A stretch of 64,000 nt of DNA. Origin: Candidatus Beckwithbacteria bacterium. Lineage in GTDB: Bacteria; Patescibacteriota; Microgenomatia; UBA1400; CG1-02-47-37. Where the stretch lies: the NCBI GenBank assembly GCA_043803225.1, contig JAZDKF010000012.1:118647-182646 (forward strand), in the 5' to 3' direction. A program made the position numbers and the translations under genes. Below are positions 58,941-64,000 of the stretch, piece by piece. Position 1 is the first letter of the stretch. Each line of letters opens with the position of its first letter. The notes beneath the pieces were generated by a model, which saw nothing but the letters and a program-made list of their open reading frames with translations, was not told where the DNA came from and did no database searches.

Positions 58941-59312
58941 ATGCTAAAGAAAGAAGTTACCAGAAACATTAAAACCGGCAATCTGTATATCACCGCTACC
59001 TTTAACAATACTTTAGCCACAATTACCGACACCAATGGCAATGTAGTTTGCTGGGGGTCAACCGGACTCTCTGGTTTTAAAGGCGCCCGAAAATCCACCC
59101 CTTTTGCCGCCACTACCGCTATTGAAAGCGTCGTCAAAAAAGCCAAAGATTTCGGGCTATCCAGCCTTCAGGTTTTTATCAAAGGTCCTGGTGCCGGCCG
59201 CGATGCGGTTTTAGGGGTGATTAAAGCTAGTGGTTTAAAAGTTACCCTAATTGCCGATATTACTCCAATGGCCCATAACGGCTGCCGGGCCAGAAAGCGC
59301 CGCCACGGTTAA
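58941..59312 (+). CDS. rpsK: 30S ribosomal protein S11
   Basis: GNLYITATFNNTLATITDTNGNVVCWGSTG matches S11. Confidence 0.95.
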   Translation: MLKKEVTRNIKTGNLYITATFNNTLATITDTNGNVVCWGSTGLSGFKGARKSTPFAATTAIESVVKKAKDFGLSSLQVFIKGPGAGRDAVLGVIKASGLKVTLIADITPMAHNGCRARKRRHG

Positions 59313-59318
59313 AAACCT

Positions 59319-59927
59319 ATGTCCAGAACTATAAAATCCCGTTCCAAAATCGTCAGAAAATTCAATGAAAATATTTTTGGCCAGAAAAAGTTTGATAAAA
59401 TTCTGGCAAAAAAACCCGCGCCTCCGGGCATGCATGGTAAAAAACTCCGCCGCCGGACCTCTGACTTTGGCCAACAGTTAAAAGAAAAACAAAAACTTCG
59501 GGCTATCTACGATATCGGTGAAGCCCAATTTCGTGGTTACTACACTTCCGCCCGTAAAACTCAAGCCGCCACCGGTGAAAAACTGCTTCAGATTCTTGAA
59601 TCCCGTCTGGATAATCTTATTTTTCGTTCTGGTTTTGCCTCCACCCGGGCCTTTGCCCGCCAATTGGTCAACCACGGCCATGTTTTGGTTGATAATACCA
59701 AAAACTCAGTTCCTTCAGCCATAATCAGAGTTGGTCAAGTGATTAGTATTACTCCTAAAACTGCCAAAATTCCTCTCGTCAAACAAATGCTGGAAAACAA
59801 AGATATCAATGTGCCTAAATGGCTCAAACGCCAGGCTTTAGCCGCCAAGTTTGAGCGTTTCCCGACCCGGGAAGAAATCGACGTCAACATTCAAGAACAA
59901 TTAATAGTTGAGTTCTACTCAAGATAG
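59319..59927 (+). CDS. rpsD: 30S ribosomal protein S4
   Basis: S4 N-domain and S4 RNA-binding domain (LESRLDNLIFRSGFASTRAFARQLVNHGHVLVD). Confidence 0.95.
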   Translation: MSRTIKSRSKIVRKFNENIFGQKKFDKILAKKPAPPGMHGKKLRRRTSDFGQQLKEKQKLRAIYDIGEAQFRGYYTSARKTQAATGEKLLQILESRLDNLIFRSGFASTRAFARQLVNHGHVLVDNTKNSVPSAIIRVGQVISITPKTAKIPLVKQMLENKDINVPKWLKRQALAAKFERFPTREEIDVNIQEQLIVEFYSR

Positions 59928-59933
59928 GAGACT

Positions 59934-60848
59934 ATGTTTAAACCTAATTTTAAAATCACTGCCATCGCCGAGACCAAAGACTTCGGTAAATTCGAATTTA
60001 GTCCTTTAGAAAAAGGCTACGGTTTGACTGTTGGCAATGCCCTGCGTCGGGTGCTTTTAACCAGTTTGCCGGGTACGGCAATTACCAGCATCTTGGTTGA
60101 CGGCGTTACTCACCAATTTACCACCCTTAAAGGTATGCGGGAAGATGTGGTTGAGCTGGTTTTAAACTTAAAACAGGTGCGTTTCGCTTACGCCGGCGAC
60201 AAACCGGTTCAAGGTTCAATCTCTGCTACTGGTCCTCTTAAAGTCAAAGCCGGCGACATCAAACTTCCGGCCACCATCAAAGTCGTTAATTCCGACTTTG
60301 TCTTAGCCTCCTTGTCTGATAAAAAAACCAGCCTTGAAGTTAAGCTGGAAATTAATTCTGGTTTCGGCTATTCACCGGCCAGAGAAAAAACCAGCACCAA
60401 ATTGGGTGAAATCATCTTAGATGCTACCTTTACCCCGGTTGTCAGGGTTAACTACACTGTTGAAGCCGCTCGGGTTGGCCGCTCTACTGATCTGGATAAA
60501 TTAATCATGGAAATTTATACTGACGGCACCATCAAGCCTTCAGAGGCTCTTAATCGTTCCGCTGAGATCCTGATTACTTATTTTAATCAGATCATTAACC
60601 CGACTTTTGCCAAGGAAGAAAAAACCGCTGTGGTTGCCACCGAAGATGATGAATCATTAAAACTCTCGGTTGAAGAGCTCGATCTGCCGACCCGGATTGC
60701 CAATGCTCTAAAAAAAGGCGGCTATGCTTACGTTAAAGACTTCTCCGGTGCCAGCCGCGAGGATGTCTCTAAGGTTAAAAATTTAGGCGGCAAATCCATT
60801 GATATTATTATCAAAAAATTAAAAAATAAAGGGATTGAGATTAAATAA
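59934..60848 (+). CDS. rpoA: DNA-directed RNA polymerase subunit alpha
   Basis: Alpha NTD dimerisation blocks. CTD HhH (EELDLPTRIANALKKGGYAYVKDF). Confidence 0.9.
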   Translation: MFKPNFKITAIAETKDFGKFEFSPLEKGYGLTVGNALRRVLLTSLPGTAITSILVDGVTHQFTTLKGMREDVVELVLNLKQVRFAYAGDKPVQGSISATGPLKVKAGDIKLPATIKVVNSDFVLASLSDKKTSLEVKLEINSGFGYSPAREKTSTKLGEIILDATFTPVVRVNYTVEAARVGRSTDLDKLIMEIYTDGTIKPSEALNRSAEILITYFNQIINPTFAKEEKTAVVATEDDESLKLSVEELDLPTRIANALKKGGYAYVKDFSGASREDVSKVKNLGGKSIDIIIKKLKNKGIEIK

Positions 60849-60851
60849 TCT

Positions 60852-61226
60852 ATGCGTCATCGCCAAGCCGGAAAAAAACTCTCTCGCAATCACCATCAGC
60901 GTCAAGCCTTGTTCAAACAGCAAGCCGGTGCTTTAGTGATCAACGAATCAGTCATGACCACTGAAGCCAAAGCCAAGCTCCTGGTTCGTTTGATGGACAA
61001 ACTAATTACTAAAGCTAAAAAAGGCACCTTATCTGCCCGCCGTCAGCTTTTAGCTTTTATGTCTCCGTCCAAAGCCGCCAACAAACTGGTGGACGATATT
61101 GCTCAGCGAAATCCCAGTCGCCAAAGCGGTTTTACTAAAATGATCCGTCTTGGGGTCCGCCGTGGCGATAATGCCATGATTGCCAAAGTCGAACTCATGG
61201 ACAAACCTCTGCCCAAGAAAAAGTAA
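60852..61226 (+). CDS. rplQ: 50S ribosomal protein L17
   Basis: MRHRQAGKKLSRNHHQRQALF matches L17. Confidence 0.9.
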   Translation: MRHRQAGKKLSRNHHQRQALFKQQAGALVINESVMTTEAKAKLLVRLMDKLITKAKKGTLSARRQLLAFMSPSKAANKLVDDIAQRNPSRQSGFTKMIRLGVRRGDNAMIAKVELMDKPLPKKK

Positions 61227-61229
61227 ATT

Positions 61230-61652
61230 ATGACTACATCTATCACCAAACTTAAAGATATTAAGCGCACTTGGCACTTGGTTGATGCTAAAGATCAGGT
61301 GTTAGGCCGCCTGTCCACTCAAGTTGCCATTAAGTTAATCGGCAAAACCAAGCCTTACTTCACCCCTCAGCTGGATTGCGGCGACTATGTCGTGATCATT
61401 AACAGCGATCAAATTGCCCTCACCGGCAATAAAAAAATGCAAAAAAGCTACTACCGCCACTCCAACTATCCCGGCGGTTTTAAATCAATTACCCTTGGTG
61501 ATCAATTGGCCAAAGACTCCCGCCAAGCCTTAAAATGGACGATCTCTAAGATGCTGCCGAAAAACAAGCTCCGCGAGCCGCGTTTAAACCGTTTAAAGAT
61601 TTTTAAAGACGCTAATCACCTTTATCAAGATAAATTTCCAGTTAAAAAATAA
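61230..61652 (+). CDS. rplM: 50S ribosomal protein L13
   Basis: WHLVDAKDQVLGRLSTQVAIKLIGK matches L13. Confidence 0.9.
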   Translation: MTTSITKLKDIKRTWHLVDAKDQVLGRLSTQVAIKLIGKTKPYFTPQLDCGDYVVIINSDQIALTGNKKMQKSYYRHSNYPGGFKSITLGDQLAKDSRQALKWTISKMLPKNKLREPRLNRLKIFKDANHLYQDKFPVKK

Positions 61653-61654
61653 CT

Positions 61655-62062
61655 ATGCCGACAATTAAAAAGCCTCTTTTTATCTATAGCCGCGGCCGCC
61701 GCCGCACTGCGGTTGCCCGCGTCCGTTTGTTTAAAAAAGCCGGGGAGAATCAGGTCAATGGTCTGCCTTTTTCCCAGTACTTTCCCGGCGCGATTGCTTT
61801 AAAAACTTTTCTAGAACCTTTTAAACTTTGCGGTGTTGAGGATAAATATCATGCTACCGTTAAAGTTGTTGGTTCCGGCAAGTTAAGCCAGCTGACTGCC
61901 GCAGTACATGGTTTGTCCCGGACTTTGATCTTAGCCAAGCCTGAAGTTAAACCCTTATTTAAAAAGCATGGGCTTTTAACCCGCGATCCCCGTACCCGCC
62001 AGCGCCGCATGATCGGCACCGGCGGCAAATCCAGACGCAAGAAGCAATCTCCCAAGCGGTAA
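61655..62062 (+). CDS. rpsI: 30S ribosomal protein S9
   Basis: The C-terminus …RRKKQSPKR and the GSGKLSQ block match S9. Confidence 0.9.
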   Translation: MPTIKKPLFIYSRGRRRTAVARVRLFKKAGENQVNGLPFSQYFPGAIALKTFLEPFKLCGVEDKYHATVKVVGSGKLSQLTAAVHGLSRTLILAKPEVKPLFKKHGLLTRDPRTRQRRMIGTGGKSRRKKQSPKR

Positions 62063-62069
62063 AATTTTC

Positions 62070-62100
62070 ACCTCTCACACCTCTAAGGTGTGATAGAGGT
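62070..62100. terminator. Bidirectional terminator-like hairpin between the convergent rpsI and minus-strand operon ends
   Basis: ACCTCTCACACC-TCTAA-GGTGTGATAGAGGT is a 12-bp stem with a 2-nt bulge. On the minus strand it is followed by a short T-run; on the plus strand there is no U-tract. Confidence 0.4.
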
Positions 62101-62104
62101 AATC

Positions 62105-62335
62105 TTATGCCCTTCGGCCTCTGACTGCTTCCGGTCCTTGCGCCTGGCGCAGCGTGTCTTGTCCAATCATCTGTCCTGGTTCGCTCGGTATTCCCTCAAT
62201 GAGTAATGATATTTGATTTCTAACCCCTTCAAGCTTGTGAAATATTTTAGAAAAATGTTTGTTATCAAGTTGATCAAACCCCTGAAGCTGTAAAGATAAT
62301 TCTGCTTCTTTCTTTCTTAAACTCTTCAAACTCAT
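62105..62335 (-). CDS. Hypothetical 76-aa protein (last gene of the minus-strand operon)
   Basis: Start overlaps the stop of the upstream nuclease gene (ATGA). Helical, with a basic/Gly-rich C-terminus. Confidence 0.4.
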   Translation of the reverse strand: MSLKSLRKKEAELSLQLQGFDQLDNKHFSKIFHKLEGVRNQISLLIEGIPSEPGQMIGQDTLRQAQGPEAVRGRRA

Positions 62336-63195
62336 AAAATCTCGCTGTTGGCGCTAGCCGTTGCTCCAGCAGTTAAAATATACACCTCCCGGCCCATTTC
62401 GTCTGAACCAACCCTTTCCCCCTCGCCCTTCAAGATTTTTTCCAATGGCTCGCAGGCCCGACAGCCCTGGTGTGGGCACTTAAAGCGGTTCAGTTGTCTG
62501 GCCAGCTTCATTTCCTTGGCAATCTTTAAAATCTTTTCCCTGGCTTTATCTATATCCGGCAGTTTTTGTTCTTCCGGTTTTGTTGCCCGGTCAACATACC
62601 AGTAACTTAGTTTTTTCACCGGCCGATCTTGGGTATTAGTTGCCAGTAAATAATAAATCGGCAGCTGCAAAGAATCGGTTTTTTCCTCACCCTTTCCGCT
62701 CTTAAAATCTATGATATGAACCGCATTTTCTTTTTCCAGGAACTCCAGCCAATCCAGCTTGCCGCAAAGAATAATATTATCCTCTTCCGACAGCCAGTAG
62801 TAAGGTAGTTCCATTTTAATTTTTACTGCCAGGTTTTTTAAGGGTCCAGGGTTTTTCTCCACCCGCCTTAACATTTCTAGGCCTCTTTGTTTGTATTTTG
62901 CTTCCAGTTCAGCGCTTAAAAATCCGCCCTTTTTCCCGGTAACTTTTTTCCAGACAGTCTCTAGCCGGTTTACCAGCGGTTCCCTAAACCGCCGGTTTAA
63001 GGGTAAGATCGACAAACTTTCAATTACTTCATGAACTGCCTGGCCTAAACTTAAAGGCGGGCTGACAATCACGATTTTCTTGCCGGTTTTTAGGTCTTTA
63101 TACACGTTTTTTAAATAGTACGCCCGCGGGCAGGCTATAAAGTCAGAAATCGAAGAATGTGACACCCACACCGCGCTGAATTTGTCTTTTACCAT
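62332..63195 (-). CDS. PD-(D/E)XK nuclease of the Cas4/RecB family with four-Cys (Fe-S-type) cluster ligands
   Basis: N-terminal Cys (DFIACPRAYYLK); motif II GKLDWLEF; motif III HIIDFKSGK; QxxxY (SLQLPIYYL); C-terminal CPHQGCRAC. There is no CRISPR array or cas gene in the window. Confidence 0.75.
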   Translation of the reverse strand: MVKDKFSAVWVSHSSISDFIACPRAYYLKNVYKDLKTGKKIVIVSPPLSLGQAVHEVIESLSILPLNRRFREPLVNRLETVWKKVTGKKGGFLSAELEAKYKQRGLEMLRRVEKNPGPLKNLAVKIKMELPYYWLSEEDNIILCGKLDWLEFLEKENAVHIIDFKSGKGEEKTDSLQLPIYYLLATNTQDRPVKKLSYWYVDRATKPEEQKLPDIDKAREKILKIAKEMKLARQLNRFKCPHQGCRACEPLEKILKGEGERVGSDEMGREVYILTAGATASANSEIL

Positions 63196-63196
63196 T

Positions 63197-63526
63197 TTAT
63201 TTATTCAGTCTAACCGCCAAGTTAAACTGTAGAAAATACCTTTCCCAATCTTCAGCTGAAGATTGATATTGATTAATTCCTAAAAACCAATCGCCGAACA
63301 TTTCCTTGCTCCGGTTGATTTCTTTTAATCTTTTTCTGTTTTTTGGGTCGGTTACTGTCAATTCAAATAGTTCCAGTGCCCGGTAAAACGCTGATTTTGC
63401 CAGATTCTCGTCTTTATTTTTCCAATTTATGGCTCTACCCACTTCGGCGCCGATGTTAGCCATTTGTTCCATTAAGCTAAATTTTTTCCACCGGCCTGAC
63501 GCTAAATTTTTATGTAAATAACTCAT
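63197..63526 (-). CDS. Hypothetical 109-aa all-alpha protein (weak MazG/NTP-pyrophosphatase-like pattern)
   Basis: SLMEQMANIGAEVGRAINWKNKDE…FYRALELFELTV resembles the EEvGElxEA helix pair of MazG-like proteins. This is low confidence. Confidence 0.3.
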   Translation of the reverse strand: MSYLHKNLASGRWKKFSLMEQMANIGAEVGRAINWKNKDENLAKSAFYRALELFELTVTDPKNRKRLKEINRSKEMFGDWFLGINQYQSSAEDWERYFLQFNLAVRLNK

Positions 63527-63867
63527 GGCCGAATTAATTTTTTAACAATCAGCTTAATTTTTTCTTTAATTTTTTCATCTTCCACCCCTCGACTTAAATT
63601 ATTTTGTGTCGGCCGTAAATTAATCATTGAATCAAATTCAATAAAATCACTCCCTTCATATTTTTCCGGATAAATATTGATTCCCCACAAATCTTTTTGC
63701 TGCGAACCATTTTCTAAAAGTTTTGCTTCTTCGTCTGCGTGCATATCCGCGTCAATGGCCATCACTTCGATTTCCGTATCAACAACAGCCTTTATCAGTT
63801 TGCCGAAACTGTTTTTTGCCATGTTTTTAATTAAATCTAATTTTATTGGCTGATCGATTACCTGCAT
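63523..63867 (-). CDS. Hypothetical 114-aa acidic protein (first gene of the minus-strand operon)
   Basis: Clean ORF with a divergent promoter region shared with the downstream dus-like gene. No motif recognised. Confidence 0.4.
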   Translation of the reverse strand: MQVIDQPIKLDLIKNMAKNSFGKLIKAVVDTEIEVMAIDADMHADEEAKLLENGSQQKDLWGINIYPEKYEGSDFIEFDSMINLRPTQNNLSRGVEDEKIKEKIKLIVKKLIRP

Positions 63868-63907
63868 TAACTCTTATTATACTTTAAAAACTGCTAAAAT
63901 CAGAGAA

Positions 63908-64000
63908 ATGGCCCATATTTGGCAAACTCTCCCTAAACCGATTTTCTGTCTGGCGCCGATGTTTGGCGCCACTGACTCTGCCTTTCGCCAGCTGCTTTGT
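63908..64000 (+). CDS. dus: tRNA-dihydrouridine synthase, 3'-truncated by window edge
   Basis: MAHIWQTLPKPIFCLAPMFGATDSAFRQLL matches the Dus N-terminal FMN-binding block. Extended -10 TGCTAAAAT lies upstream. Confidence 0.7.
   Translation, partial: MAHIWQTLPKPIFCLAPMFGATDSAFRQLLC

Noticed and set aside
62332-63195. Cas4 as evidence of a CRISPR-Cas locus
   Set aside because: No repeats, cas1 or cas2 are present in the window. Stand-alone Cas4/RecB-like nucleases are common outside CRISPR loci.
1-64000. tRNA/rRNA/ncRNA genes
   Set aside because: The longer intergenic regions (31431-31631, 41786-42420, 56758-56984, 58319-58395) were inspected by eye and none shows a cloverleaf-compatible arrangement or rRNA-like conservation. 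A covariance-model scan would be needed to be definitive.

Overview
This is a 64 kb, gene-dense, almost entirely plus-strand bacterial fragment, read comfortably with the standard code 11. It contains, in order: the dnaK–dnaJ region, nusA–infB–(NrnA-like)–rpsO–pnp, a copper-homeostasis cluster (an ArsR regulator fused to a YHS domain, copA, a membrane-cupredoxin fusion and copZ), a Lon-like AAA+ module with no protease domain, RNase J, ftsK, a RodZ-like gene, alaS, a sortase, ruvX and mltG, then rpoB–rpoC–rpsL–rpsG, fusA–tuf and a near-complete S10/spc/alpha ribosomal-protein block (rpsJ…rplO, secY, adk, infA, rpmJ, rpsM, rpsK, rpsD, rpoA, rplQ, rplM, rpsI). No L30 gene lies between rpsE and rplO, no map gene between adk and infA, and IF-2 (476 aa) and AlaRS (571 aa) are unusually short. 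These traits are consistent with a reduced CPR/Patescibacteria-like lineage, but that assignment is inference only. The accessory content sits at junctions that are normally fixed. (1) rpsG and fusA are separated by a DedA-like membrane protein, a repeat-containing secreted protein, a divergent SAM-methyltransferase-like gene and a nonsense-mutated paralog of it; each of these two genes, and fusA, is preceded by a 23-nt palindrome of the CCTACARGG…CCYYGTAGG family plus an extended -10 promoter. (2) An AT-rich two-gene cassette of unknown function sits between a P-loop kinase downstream of adk and infA, with another copy of the palindrome at its left edge. (3) An AT-rich island holds a Fic gene whose promoter is wrapped in three copies of an 11-bp operator motif, together with a GDSL hydrolase. 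(4) Two small genes sit between dnaK and a zinc-finger-less DnaJ. Hairpin-plus-U-tract structures lie between the -10 element and the start codon of rpoB, fusA and rpmJ; several genes appear leaderless; and the far-right end carries a minus-strand operon with a Cas4/RecB-family PD-(D/E)XK nuclease. No tRNA, rRNA or CRISPR array was recognised by eye.
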